Positions 1 through 12,827 of a stretch of DNA of 64,000 bases are shown here, one piece after another (position 1 is the stretch's first letter; each line of letters starts with the position of its first letter). The DNA comes from Dicyema japonicum. Its lineage: Eukaryota > Animalia > Dicyemida. The stretch lies in contig RDEW01000022.1 of NCBI GenBank assembly GCA_011109175.1, positions 642,273 through 706,272 on the forward strand, written 5' to 3'. The position numbers and the translations under genes are program-made. The notes beneath the pieces are model-generated. The model saw only the letters and a program-made list of their open reading frames with translations, searched no databases and was not told where the DNA came from.

Positions 1-285
1 CGAACGACACAGTTGTTGAAAGACATCTTCATACCTTCCCCTGACCAACTCCATGGTGAAGATTAACTTATGAAACTTTCCGTCCAAAAATGAAAGTGAG
101 ATACCGCGAAGCTAGACGTTAAATGAAAATGGAAGAGGGTGGACTACTTCTCCACACTCTTCGGAAGTCTGTAATGGACAATTGGAAAATGGATTTGGTC
201 GGCAAAAACAGTCGTTCCTTCCTTGGATTTGTGACTGCTAGTGGTGGCTTACAAGATTATAAGCCTGGGGTTAATAAATAAAACC
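1..285 (+). mobile_element. 3' remnant of a LINE
   Basis: Peptide KSVMDNWKMDLV resembles KSLMEYWKMDLV at ~63030. Ends in GGGGTTAATAAATAAAA, similar to the LINE 3' terminus seen elsewhere in the window. Confidence 0.4.
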
Positions 286-1129
286 CGATCTTCTTGAAGA
301 TAATGAAGCATTCAAGTTCACAAAGGCACCATAATAAACTATTACCCCCAAATTGGGAAGACTTTAGCTGATACATTGATAATTATGTTTGGCTCATACA
401 TTTTGACTTCCACTGAGAGATGGTTCATCTATTTATCCCGATGAGTAAAATTTCTATTCGACAGGACCCTTGGGTGAAAAGACAAAGAAAAAATATTTTG
501 TAGAAAAAAACTCTCACCATCTAATGACGGAATCACAAGAATGTGTACCCTCGATAGGGATATTGACAAACAGGTAGAGATGATTGACAAAGCTAGGATG
601 TATGTGTTTCAAAAATATAATCTAATATAGCCATGTACATGTTGAATGGTAGTTTTGGAAGAAACGAGTAATTTTTATTCAAGGGGATATGTCAAAGAAG
701 ATCATGGAATCTTCCAAAAGGACAGGAACATATGGACGCCTGATTAAATCGGATTCATGAATAATACCTTTTCAGTTCTAAAATAAAATCTCTTCAAATT
801 TCCAATTGGCAAGTGACTCGACAGCCGTAAAACAGGGGAACTATGAAGAAACGTTCAAACAGGAGAGAAAATCTTTGAAGTATTTTATGAAGGTTTACCC
901 CCTTTAGGTGCTCTAGGAGAAGCTTTGGGGGTTTGTACTCTAAGTTTTGATTTTTCTGTCTGTTTGATTATTTTATTTTTCTTGCATATTTCAGATAGCA
1001 GAGATTCTCAAAATATCGTATTCCACTGTGATTCTGAAAAGATCATGCGGAAGAGAAATGAGATCTTTTGAGAACATCAAACATCGTGAATGGTACCTTG
1101 GGGGTGTCCCATAGCAATTTTTAGTTTCT

Positions 1130-1290
1130 TGGTATCGGAGAGAGGTTGGCTGTGTGACTAGAATGTTGGCAATCCCTCAAGGCTCTCCACTATCTCCTTA
1201 ACTCTTCAATCTCTACATAAACAACATGCCACAAACCTGTAATGAACCAACAATCTTTGTGAAGAACAAAGCTATTAACTATGTAAAAAA
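1130..1290 (+). mobile_element. LINE reverse transcriptase fragment
   Basis: Encodes IPQGSPLSPxLFNLYINNMP, the RT GxPQG motif. Confidence 0.75.
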
Positions 1291-1768
1291 GTCATCTTTT
1301 TTACATAAAGATGTCGAGGACCTTGGTATAATATTCCACTTTCCCATATGACCCCTTAAAATCAATTTTTATAAGATTTAAAAAAGATGACTTTAGTGAT
1401 GTGATGTTTGTTCCTCCCGCTATGGAAACTTCCGGGACTTTCGGACATTAGTCTTACACTTTATTCAAAACTGAGGATTTTGTGTTTTTTTAATTTTTAT
1501 CCCAAACAAATAATATTTGTGTCTTTTAAAAAATATAGGGGAACCAATCAAAATGAGGCACAAGCTCGATTTTGTAATAGCTTTGTATGGATTATTCAAA
1601 TTGAGTAATTTTTTGCGTAATGAGATGCTTAAAAGTAAGCTCAGACCAAAGTGCAAATGGCTCAACCTCAACCAACCAAAAAAAATTAGGCGATAGGAAA
1701 AAATCCGGACTTGTCCCGTTCGGTAAGAATCCTTCCTCATTAAAGAGAGTGGCTTTCCAAACTGCTTC

Positions 1769-2185
1769 ATGATTACTTCATCGAATTGGATCGGCCCTGT
1801 TCTTGTGAAAGTAGACAATTTCTTATTCAGCATAATTGGGAATGATAACAAAGTCATCTTTTCGACTTCCGAAAATGGCCTCGATTTGATCAAAATTTTG
1901 CCTGAGAACGATACAATCGCCTTTTTTATCGACACAAAGATTGAATGTAATTTTCGACTGATTTTAGATTACAATTTTATTTGTGGTGTTGATGATGCGC
2001 TTACGGGGAATCACATGCAGGGTAAGTTTGAGATTTATGTCCCTGATAAGAGCTCGAGGGATAAGTTCTTTGCCATTATTAAAGGGATGTTCAGCATTAT
2101 TTCTGAGGTGAAGATAAATAATATCCTAGGAAACAAAAAGTTGTTTTTACTCTCAATATTTTGGGGAAGAGGCAACCAAGAATAA
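1769..2185 (+). CDS. unidentified intronless ORF
   Basis: 138-aa ORF with protein-like composition; no motif recognised. Confidence 0.25.
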   Translation: MITSSNWIGPVLVKVDNFLFSIIGNDNKVIFSTSENGLDLIKILPENDTIAFFIDTKIECNFRLILDYNFICGVDDALTGNHMQGKFEIYVPDKSSRDKFFAIIKGMFSIISEVKINNILGNKKLFLLSIFWGRGNQE

Positions 2186-2679
2186 AATTTACACAATTAT
2201 CTAACTGAATTGGTCAAGAATTTTTGCTTATTTTTTATTTTGTTGGCTAAGAAAAGGCGATTACGGTGTTAAAAACCTACTAACCTCGAGATTGTCGTCT
2301 TAAAGGCGTCATTGGCTCCACCTAACTCAGGAAACGGGCAATGGCTGACAAGCATTCTAAAAGGATTGCTCCTTCCCTACTCCACCTGAGGGGTTCACAG
2401 TGAAAGATACTTAGGAAGGAGGTGAAGCAGGGAAGGGATGCGTCCACTCCAACGAGAAGAACATGGTAAAACTCAAGACTATTCTGGAGGAAGATTCAAT
2501 TTGTGACCTGCTTGCAACCACCGAGTTGGCCGTGAAAACAATTCCGTGCAATCCAGCCCTTCAGATCAACTATTGAGACGCCTTAGGGCAATTCGAGATC
2601 TCAGCAAAGGAACAAGATCGGCTGGCAGTCATTTTTAAAAAAATATTAAATCAATATCACTCCCCGGTGGTTTCATCGA

Positions 2680-3182
2680 TTAATCTGAAAAAATCCTTGA
2701 ATTCTTGAATTTGTTTTTCCTCAATTTGCCTTTTCTTTAAAATTAGCGAACAAAAACCTTTCTTAACTCACTTAACTTCTCCTGCAGATCTTTCCGAGTC
2801 TCCAAAAGTTCCTGGTTTGTTTTGTTGAGGTCACTGCCTACTTTTCTCTAGAATGACCGACAAACTCCACAATATAGCTTCTACTAGAGGTCCCGAAATC
2901 AGAGTAATTGATAGTCAACTGCTTTTGAATCTGCCTTAGCAGCTTTTTGCACTCATTTTTGTATTCAACGGACAATTTGTCCACCAAAAAAGTCAGATTG
3001 ATCGTATTTTCAGACTCCTGCGCATATTTCTTTTTCCACAACTCACTCTCTTCTGTCAGATCAAAACTTACCCCTGGATTTCCTAATCTTAGACATTTTT
3101 ATGCTCATCACCGCTCGGTCTCTCTCCGTAGGGAAATCTACCATAAACCCGGGAATCCACCATTTCTAATCTTATCTTCCAT
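2680..3182 (-). CDS. small coiled-coil protein of unknown function, 4 micro-introns
   Basis: Removing four GT-AG introns of 19-23 nt gives an open frame MEDKIRNDFPTERD...LWKKKYAQESEN...QELLETRKDLQEKLSELRK...FSD*. Confidence 0.5.
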
Positions 3183-3439
3183 CAATTCGACTCAAATGTG
3201 CTATATTTAAACTAACAATGACGTAACGATATTAAAAACGTCAAAAATCATTATAACTCAGATATTGTTAAACCAACGAGGAATGGTCTCCTTGTATTGT
3301 CGAAGCCACGTGTTCTCGTGTTTGTGGTACCATCTAAGGTACAAGAATGTAACTACGAGCCATAAAGGACTCTCTCTATATGTCCAAAGTGATCCAGGAA
3401 ACGTTAAAGAGATTTAACGTTTTGAAGGCACACACGCAG

Positions 3440-4240
3440 TTAAAAATCTGACGTTAAAATCGCGGAAAAACCTGTGCTGAAGACCTATTCAAACCGATTA
3501 TGGAGTAGTGGCAGGTCGGGTTGCTGAGCACGTGCAGAGCAAATATCCCCATGATAGCCCCTGACTTAAAATAACAGAAAATCTCACGACTCCGATACTT
3601 CCATAAGTCACTTCCTTGACCATCTTCCCAACAAGACTAAAAAACGGAAAATAGACCTAAGTAAGCCAAAAACGAAAACCGGCAGAAATATATAAGAAAA
3701 CAAAGTCGGAGAGGCCGCAACTCTCCGCTACCGAGGGAGCGAACTGAATGAAAGCGAAAAAACTTGATAAACATATGAAGTGGGTTCGAGTGGCTGAAAA
3801 TGCACGTCAGCATCGTATAAATTGGGAATTCTGAGAAATGAGGTAAATCTACTTTTAAGTGCTTGATAATAGTCGAATAGTAGGAAGGGACCTTCCAAGC
3901 TAAGAAAATTAGGAGGTTGAGGACCAAAATGGCGTAAATGGAGACAAATGACTCCTGTATCTTCCATGTGCAACTTAACGGACCAACTAATTTTGCCCCG
4001 TCATCAGGCGTGTGTACGAAATGGCTATGAATTGTCCGTTGAGTAATAAAGTATGTTGTGATGTCGAATAGAAATACCATGTTCTGCTAATATTGACGGA
4101 CGTTCAAACAGGCGAGAAAATCATCTATGATGTCTCCCAATCTCTTGGAGGACCCATCCAGAACAATCGGAAGACCCACTTTTTTACATGCGACCCAATT
4201 ATCCAGAGTGATTGATCGGAAGGTTAAGATGGTGATGCAC
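3440..4240 (-). pseudogene. PARL: PARL-like mitochondrial rhomboid protease, frameshifted and incomplete
   Basis: AILVLNLLIFLAWKVPS...MLTCIFSHSNPLHMF, LYISAG and GVSGAIMG (catalytic Ser motif) match PARL. Micro-introns are retained. At least 3 frameshifts; no catalytic-His region seen; an RTE element abuts the 5' end. Confidence 0.75.
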
Positions 4241-4259
4241 CTCCATTGTACGAAATGTC

Positions 4260-5200
4260 TACTTAGTTTCATGATGAATGGAAGCGGTCGTCTTCTCATG
4301 GATATTGACGACGGATCAAGAGACATTGGAATTATTCGTCTCGCAGCCTGTCAAGGTCAACCCGTCCTTGAGGCGTTTCCCGATTTCCTTAAGATCTTCG
4401 TAAAGGACAGTTGGTAGAGTCGCCCTTGGTCGACCACGGAAAAGCTGAGAGTCCAAAACAAAGTAATCTTCCATAGCCATGTTTGCGGGGGGGGGGCTCT
4501 AGATCCAGACGAAGTATATGTCCAAACAGCCTCCACCTTGCCTCCAGGATCTCATACAAAATCACTGTGCTCCTCGTTCTCATAAAGAATGGCGGACGGC
4601 AGTCTGGAGTGGTTCCAAGAAGAGAAAGCTGGTCTCTATGGGAAGAGTTAAGCTTTCTAAGTTCTATTCTTGTGCAGTCCCATTTGCCAGCGTTATACAG
4701 GAGTATTGGTTTCACAAGTAAGTTTTTCAGGCGGATTCTAGTATCCACATTGAACCCTTTACAGAAAAATCAGGTTTTCTTGATTTTCATGTCTTCGCTG
4801 TCTCCGAGAAGGGAACCCAGCTTTTTGGTTTCTCTCTTCTGAGTTCCGATTACAGTTAAGAACCATTCCGCCAACTTCCCTGGTATTTCTTCAATAAAGG
4901 AGTAAGTGCTTCTTTATCATTTGAAATGAAGACACATCGTCTACATATGCTATTGTGATCGCTTCCCCAACAAGGAGCGGCTCAAGATCCCGACGACCTG
5001 CCTCTAGGTAGATGAAAAACAAAATAGGGAATAGTGGATCTCCTTGAGGATACCCACTTATGTCTTGAATCGTCTTGAACACTTTCCCTGATCCTAACTT
5101 TCAAGTACGTGTCAATTAGGAGTGTATTAATTAGTCTGACTGTGGAACTATCAAGGAAGACATTGGAACTATAAAAAAGAAAGTATCGAATGCACGTAAA
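4260..5200 (-). mobile_element. RTE-clade LINE fragment
   Basis: GYPQGDPLFPILFFIYLE, AYVDDV, KPILLYNAGKW and ARWRLFGHILR motifs; frameshifted. Confidence 0.85.
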
Positions 5201-5309
5201 AAATAATTTAAAAAATATAAATATAAACTAAAATATTTTATATTTATTTAATTAAATTTAAAACATTATAACGTGTGTCTGTTTTGAGTCTTATTTGCTT
5301 TAAATTAAC

Positions 5310-5960
5310 ATGGATTTATTAGAGGAAAAGGAACAAAAATCTGGAGTGATTTACCTCTCTTCAATCCCAACTGGAATGCGAGTGGTTGACCTCCGTAATG
5401 CTTTATGTCAATATGGAGAATTGGGGAGGATTTATCTTCACCCTAAAGGTACTTTTTAAATTTAACAAAGGGGATAAACTGTCCCTAAATAAGACCAGAA
5501 AGATCCGCTCTTATGACGAAGGCTGGGTGGAATTCATGGACAAAAAGGTTGCCCGCCAAGTTGTGAGGGACATAAACAACTCACCTGTTAAGGGGAAGAA
5601 AAAGTACAAATGGTCGTGAGTTTGGGGATATTTCATAGGAGTGGGGACCTGTGGGCTATGAGGTATCTCACAAAGTTCAAATGGACGTACCTCACTGAAC
5701 AAATGGCTCACCAAAAGGCGAAAATGGACGACATAATGAGGATGGACATTTCTAAGGTTAAACGGGAGGCGGCTGACTTTTTCGATAATGTGGGGATGAG
5801 CAAAATTTTGAGAAATCTTCAAAGATCTAATTCCCTGAGGTTTCCTCCCAAACAGATGGATTTTAAACAGAGACTCACCGAAGATGAGATTGTCTCCTCC
5901 AAGAAAACACGGAGGAAGGCTCCCGTTATTATGTCTCTCTTTACTGGAGGACGTTCTTAA
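5310..5960 (+). CDS. ABT1: activator of basal transcription 1 / Esf2 (pre-rRNA processing), 2 introns of 22 and 23 nt
   Basis: Spliced frame contains SGVIYLSSIP, YGELGRIYL, YDEGWVEFMDKKVA and DLWAMRYLTKFKW. Introns gtactttttaaatttaacaaag and gtgagtttggggatatttcatag. Confidence 0.93.
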
Positions 5961-6039
5961 TTTTGTATTTAATTTTTCGTTTTTTTTTTTAATTTTTATT
6001 ATTATTAAGCAATTTTCTTTCTCGAACTCGATGATACTC

Positions 6040-6330
6040 AGCTCGGCGCAGTCTGCTGGATCGGCAGCCGATCTGGCCAAAAAAATCAAGATTAAAAAAT
6101 GGCTAAATTGGAGACCGCTACCGTTTTGTACCGGTAGCAATCGAGACGTCTGGTCCGGACGGAAGTATTACAGCCTCCTTCCTAAAGGAAATCGGGGGGG
6201 GGGAAATTGGCCCACCGCAAGAAAGTGAGGGAAGCGGTCTGGCTGAGGCAACGAATTAATATCGCAATTGTCCGCGGAAACGCTTACTTTGTGATGTCAG
6301 CATCCGCTCTCCCCCATAGTTAATAAATAA
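6040..6330 (+). mobile_element. 3' end of a CRE-like non-LTR element with restriction-like endonuclease
   Basis: AGSAADLA..K.K, YRFVPVAIETSG and WLRQRINIAIVRGNA. Confidence 0.75.
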
Positions 6331-6519
6331 TATTTTATTGTTAATAAATTTTTCATAATTTAAAAAAAAAACAATTGACCCTCGGTTGATGTTTCTTTTA
6401 AATACAGTAAAGTCTCTTAAATTGGTCCAAAATTGTTCCTTAACTATTTGTGGCCAATTTGGCTAATTTAAAAAACATCTGGGTACTTTTTTAAATTTAA
6501 AAACCAAGAATCATCGACA

Positions 6520-7050
6520 AAACAAAGGAAGGTAGGGGCCGTCAAGTGTTCCCTTTCCCCTTGAGCTGCCGCCTCATCTTTCCTCGGTGTTTCTCCGAGT
6601 GCCGACACACTTCCTGTATGGACGAATCACTTTTCGGAAGTTTAGGGGTTTTGGCTGAGCTCCCGATCTCCTCACTAGTTCCTCGAACGGGGTTGGTTTT
6701 AATGACGAGGAGGAGGGTCTTTGTAGGGTTTTCGTTACTGTCTCTTGAAAGGAGTTTAATTTCTTTAGGTTGGTGTAGGATATGTTAGTTCCCCATGCCG
6801 CGCAGCAGTAACTGATTGACGGAAGTATGTATTGGTGGTAGAGATGATCTACTGTTGGGTAGAACCATCTCTTGTAGTATCCAAGTAGCGTTTTTACAAA
6901 GTTTAATTTTCTCTGGGAAGAGGTGATTATGTCGCTCACATGTTTGCTGAAGGTCATTAGTGGGTCATATGTGACCCTTAGTATTTTTGGTTGAATTTTT
7001 GGAAGGGATTGTTAGTCCATTTAGGGTCAATGGAGGCGCCGAGTTAGTCA
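6520..7050 (-). mobile_element. LINE 3' fragment, same family as 7400-9510
   Basis: VTYDPLMTFSKHV, SISYCCAAWG and RKCVGT are shared with the copy at 9000-9470. Confidence 0.85.
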
Positions 7051-7399
7051 AGTTGTCGAACGAGCATTCTTAAATCTATGTTGGAAGAATACGTCTGGGA
7101 GGCAAGGTTTAATCTGATTGAGCAGGTAAAGGTACTGTAGTAGGCTGTCAATAAGTGCGCGGTAAAGTTTCAAGTCCGCACGTTTTTAGCTTAAGTGCTC
7201 TCGAAACCTCCTCCTAAATAAGGTTTCTCGCTTAATCTTCAAAAAAATGAGATTTTGGTCACTAATTGAGTTGTAGGCAACTAACCATGTCGATATTACC
7301 GACAAGTCAAAATAGAAAGCGTGATGTCTGGAGAAGTTAGTTGGTCTGAATCACTGAGGTGGATTTTCGTATATTTAAAAATCTTATTTTTGATCTATA

Positions 7400-9510
7400 A
7401 TTTATTAATTAACGTCACGTGGTTCGCCGTTTCTGGTGACGAAAACTATGGAATATACTTCACAGACTAGAGAACGTCCAATCCAAGAGGAATATCCTTC
7501 TTGGACGGTCTCCCCACTGGTCTCTCTCCTGCCTTGTTGGAAGCCCAACTAATGCTTTCCGGCGATGTGAACCCCAATCCCGGTCCTCGAAAAACCCCTT
7601 ATTTTGATTCAACTAAACATAAGTGGAGTGAAAGGGAAATCCTCGAACTCAGAAACCTCTTAAAAAGGTATAATACTGACATTTGCCTACTCCAAGAAAC
7701 AAGACTGACTTCGTCTTCTTCCAAACTATCACGTCATCAGGCGCGATCGCCCTGCTGGGCGGGGTGGTGGAGTGCTTACCCTTATCAAAAAAGAAATTCC
7801 GTACGCAAACGAAACTTTTGTCAATCTCAAGTCTCCCGTCGAATATATTGGTAGTTTTGTCAAGACAAGCATCGGAAACATATTGAATGTGTATGTGCCA
7901 CCGCCCAACTCATGCCCCAAGGAATTCAGGTTCTCCCTGTCAGACATCGACAAATCGAAAAATATGTTACTTTTTGGAGACCTAAACGCAAAGCATCCGA
8001 CATGGTTCAAGAACCAACCATGCGATGTCAAAGGAAGCCAATTGGTATCGAATCTGGATGACCTGATAATATTAAACAACCCTACATTCAATACAAAGAC
8101 TCCCTACGGAGCGAATGACAGGACATCGTCCCCCGATCTCACTCTTGCCTCATCAAACATTGCAACATTAACAAAATGGACAGTGCTATACGAGACCAGC
8201 AGTGACCATAATCCCGTTATGATTACGTTTGAAGGAAGAGTGTCAATTGTAAAGAAACCTGTTTTATTTACCGACTACAAAAATGTCGACTGGGAAAAGT
8301 TCTCAAATTTTGTCGACTATTATCTACTTGACTTTCATTTATCCAATTTCAACATCGATAAAGCACTACACTATTTTGATAGAGTGGTACGCGAGGGAAT
8401 GAAATTTTGTAATAAAAGAAGGCCACTGACTTCAAGAAAGACGTCTTCTCTCAAAAAAGGGCACTCCACAGAAACGCATCCTACATGCCTTACAAATTCC
8501 ATCAAGGATGGGCCTAAAGCGCAAACCTCATCAGAAGTCTTTGATATGCTCCATCGATATAGAAAAAGCTTTCGACACTGTCCCAAGAAAGCTTTGATAA
8601 GGAAGATCTCTACGTCAAAAATTCCAAACAACCAGAAAATATGGATCGCAAATTTCCTAAATGGAAGAAGAAAAAGAGTAACTGCTGGATAAACTAGATC
8701 AGTGACCAAGTTTCTTCCACTCCACTGTCACCACACCTGTTCAACCTGTTCCTAGTTGATATGGCCTCCTTACCAGTGACGATACTCTTGTTTTGACATT
8801 TGCGGATGATATAATCGTCGCATTCAAAGACCAGTGCGTTAATACTGCTGTTTACCGGATACAAGCTTCATTGGAGGATCTGAACTGTTGGCTCGCTAAG
8901 AAAATTCTACATACAAGTCCCGAAAAGTCTTATACAACAATTTTCACAACAAACAGAAGATTGACAAACTCCGCTCCATGTGTAACCATAAGTGGAAACT
9001 CAATCCCCACGACCAACTCGGTCAAGATACTAAGGGTAACATACGACCCACTCTTGACCTTCAGCAAACACATCGACAACGTCATCTCATAGGCACAACG
9101 AAAGCTAATTTTCGTTAAAACACTCCTTGGACAATATAATGGGTGCTTCAACTCAAATTTGGACTCGCTCTAGGTGCAGTATATTCAACCGTCTCTAACT
9201 TACGGGTGTGCTGCATGGGGAACCAACCTATCAAACAGGAATATAGAAAAAATCAATACCTTCCAAAAAATGGCCAGAAAGGCTTTGCAAAGGTTTTCTT
9301 AGACACTTCTAAACCCTACACCTTTTAAAAAATTAGTGAGGAAAACCGGAGCCTTACTACCCTCCAAAAAAGTTAGAAACCCCGCCCAATCCGGAAATGC
9401 GTTGGAACCCGGGAGGAACACCGAACAAGAATAAGATGGCTACTCGAGGCGGCCGGAATCACTTGACGGCTATGTAGTTATTTAATTTGTCGGTGATTTT
9501 TGAATTTTAA
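7400..9510 (+). mobile_element. APE-RT LINE, internally deleted, with N-terminal 2A-like motif
   Basis: SGDVNPNPGP; APE motifs DICLLQET, GDLNAKH, SPDLTL and SDHNPV; RT motif FADD; C-terminal RKCVGTREEHR. Confidence 0.9.
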
Positions 9511-9589
9511 TAATATTTATAAATTAATTTATTTGAATTTAAATAATATAAATATTGACTGTATTTGGTGGTCCTAGAAGTATTCCACC

Positions 9590-10790
9590 TTATCAACAAC
9601 AACAGAGCTTCATGATGTGGTGGAGTCCCAGATACGGTCCTAATAGTTTAGGAAGCTTCTTCGAATAAATACTAACAAGGCTTTTGCATTACACTGCTCG
9701 CTTCCAATCGGGACCGGAATATTAATACCCGTTAGTAAACCAGGCAAAAGACGGGGACCCTTCGGAAGCTTAAGACTTATTGTGCTAGTCACCACTCTAA
9801 GAATACTTTATCGACTATTTTTCGAGGCCGTATATCAATATCGATCGATGTCCCTCTTGCGGTCAGTGTGGTTTCAGGCCTAGAGAGGACACTCTCACCT
9901 GTATTATTCATCATCTACCTGAAGGCAGCTTTGAGAGATCTAAGAGAACAAATTGGATGTCTTGACAACCACTTTATGGAACTCATTTACACGGATGATG
10001 TCGAATTTGTCACGAAAGATCGTGAATATATAGACTTTAAAAAGCGAAAACAATTTCGAGTAAATGGTCTTTCAAAGTCAATAAAGACAAATCTGAAATA
10101 ACCACTATTCAAAGAACGCCAACCCGTATTGAGAAGTGGAGGAAAACCCGAAAAAACTGATCATTACTTGGCGATTCAAAGGATACGACGAAAAATATTG
10201 GCCACAATAACACTAAAAAATTACGATCCATTCTGATGAGAGTCAAATTCCTAGATGCGGTTACTCTTATATAATGGAATTGTCCGACCAGTCCTCATGT
10301 ACAACGCAGGTACTTGGGGAACATCAAAGAAAGATATGGAACAACTCGACTCGTTTCACAGAAGCCAAATAAGAAAACTCCATGGATACTCTTGGCCAAA
10401 GAAAATCTCAAACAATAAATTATACAAACTGATTGTGGGCCAATAAATCTGAACGTACTTGAAGCCCGTTGGCGCCTTTTTGGACACATTCTACGGATGA
10501 GTGAACAAACACCTAGCAATGACGCCATGGAAGAATTTTTCGGCCATATTGAATTTCTACACTCAGAGGACGTCCAAGAGGTTGTCTTCTCAGGACACTT
10601 GCGGAGGATTATGCTGTGATCGGGGGCCGATTGATGGAAGCAGACGATCTAGACGAAATCAGGAGGCGAGCAAGACGACGAATGGGATGGAGAAGGCTAA
10701 CGGAAATGATAGTCGAAAACATGGGAAACAAGCGAAACTATAAAATCTGTTTATTGGCAACGCGGACGTGCATTAACTAACTGTATCTTG
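9590..10790 (+). mobile_element. RTE-clade LINE fragment
   Basis: TLSPVLFIIYL, YTDDV, RPVLMYNAGTWG and ARWRLFGHILR. Confidence 0.85.
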
Positions 10791-11679
10791 GTTGATGTTG
10801 GTTGTGCAAGCTTTGGAATCCAAAATTACTACCTGTATTTATGTCTGTGGCTGTACTTTATATATTTTATTCGCAGCCTGTAATAGAGATAATAATATAC
10901 GGATGTTTGCACTATAAGATGTCGAGAGTGTGGTTACTAAATATTGTACAAAAAGAAAACTCCAAGACGTAATCTCATGATCTCACTTCTAGTTGCTGTC
11001 TTTGATGCAAGATAACTGTTTTTTGTTGTATTTAATAATCGTTTTCTTTATTTGTCTTACTTCCGTGTTATGTATCTCCCACCCTATTTTATTTGTCGTT
11101 TAGCCGTCTTTTTGGTTAAGGCCACTAATTTTTAAATATTAGCATCCTATCAAATATAATAATTATAATCACCACGTGTATTGAATTTGGTTAGAAGAGA
11201 TTATGACCATTTGAAAAATTAGTAAATTCGATATTCACTTAATGACTGGAACTCAGTCAAATTGTGTTTGTTATAGGACATTGATGTAGTTCATTATCAA
11301 TAACACATCTTTTTTACAATGTTGACTTTACCTAACAGACTCACTCTCGTTTAGAACAATTTAAGGTTTTTACCAACATATATACACGTGCATAAATGTC
11401 TGTTAATTGATTCTAACCTTTTATTTAGACTCATTCGATCAGAGTTAAATCTTTCTATTCTTTCATATTTTTAATTAGGCCTATCTTACATTTTTGAGTA
11501 AAAAAGAGTTTCACAATTATAAAACCACTTTTTGTTACACTCATGTTTAATGGAATTATTTTAGGTCTCGGTTGACTCAAACCTTCTGCAGTCGTTGATG
11601 ACTTAGTATAATAATTATTTCTACCAAACTATCAAATTTTATTTATAAAAGAATAAGTAAAGTAATTCTTTTATAACGC

Positions 11680-12170
11680 CCGTCTAACTTAATCTTCTCT
11701 TCGTGGGGCCAACCCCTATTTCCTTTATAGGCGTGTTCACGTCGCTGCATACCTCACATTCAGAGACTACCCTAGGTTGACATTCCATGCAGTCTTCCTC
11801 ATCAACAGGCATCGATACTCTATGCCTCTCCTCACTTGCATACTCTCCAAAGTCATCCGTAACACTAGCGTTTGTATATAAGCTTTGACCCTCTCCTCAA
11901 CCTTGAGGGAATAATCTCAAGTTCGTTCGACAGTAGGTCATACTTGTGGAACTTTTCTACCTCGACTCGCTTGAGGCAGTTTTTCGAATTGATCCCAATT
12001 TCAAGAAGAATAATCGTATGTCGGGTTTGTTATTCGTTACAGCCGTATCCGTAGTGATCGTCGTGTCTATACGAATCTCCACAAATTTTTTTGCGTGGGT
12101 CTTCAGTTTCTTAGTTTTTCTTATTTTATATTGACGGCAAAGATGCAGGTGTAAACATCTGACCACTTCA
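11680..12170 (-). mobile_element. RLE-type (R4/NeSL-like) non-LTR fragment
   Basis: DTTITTDTAVTNNKPDI and KYDLLSNEL, the PD..K endonuclease region. Confidence 0.6.
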
Positions 12171-12329
12171 TTATGCCCTCAATTAACCAAACACAACCAC
12201 ATAGTATTTGAACAGTTTAAAAATGACCACTAAACATTTAACTAGTAATTATACTATTCCTTCTCAATTTCGACATTGGTCCATTCTAAATTTAACCATC
12301 CGATATGTAATATTATTAATTCTCAACTT

Positions 12330-12823
12330 CTCAGTTAAAGTGATATATTATTATAAGAATGTATTTGGAAAAACGAGGGAAAACCTTAAAGATTCTTGTG
12401 AAGGATGTAATTGATGCGTCCATAGTTTTTGAGACACTGTTCTATGTTCTTGAAAAGATGTTTTGTTTTCTTAGAGTTGATTTGACTCCACCAGTCTGAC
12501 ATTGGTTTTAATTTCTTTGTTAGGCTTGTTGTGTTTTCCTCTACCATGAAATCTTTTTGACAAAACCGATAAATATTCCGTCACAGTGGTAAACGTTTCC
12601 AATGTTCATCAGTACTAAGATTTCAAAACATTCCGTGGAGAATGGGCAATTATTAAGAGTCGTTTTGTAACAGATCTCCTTGTAGTCGTAAATTTAAGGG
12701 AAAGTGATAACTTTGAGTACTATGCTTCTGTAGAGAATTTATTGATATTCATTTGTATTGGAGATAGGAATATGGTTCAATGCGAACGAAGATGACTTAT
12801 TGAATACAAAAACTGAACATTAA
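12330..12823 (+). CDS. 3' part of an unidentified micro-intron-containing gene
   Basis: Coding-like stretches separated by candidate GT..AG micro-introns, ending GIWFNANEDDLLNTKTEH*. Exact model unresolved; may extend upstream to ~11200. Confidence 0.3.
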
Positions 12824-12827
12824 CCAA

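Noticed and set aside
400-960. Possible micro-intron gene fragment
   Set aside because: I could not build a consistent frame or recognise a family.
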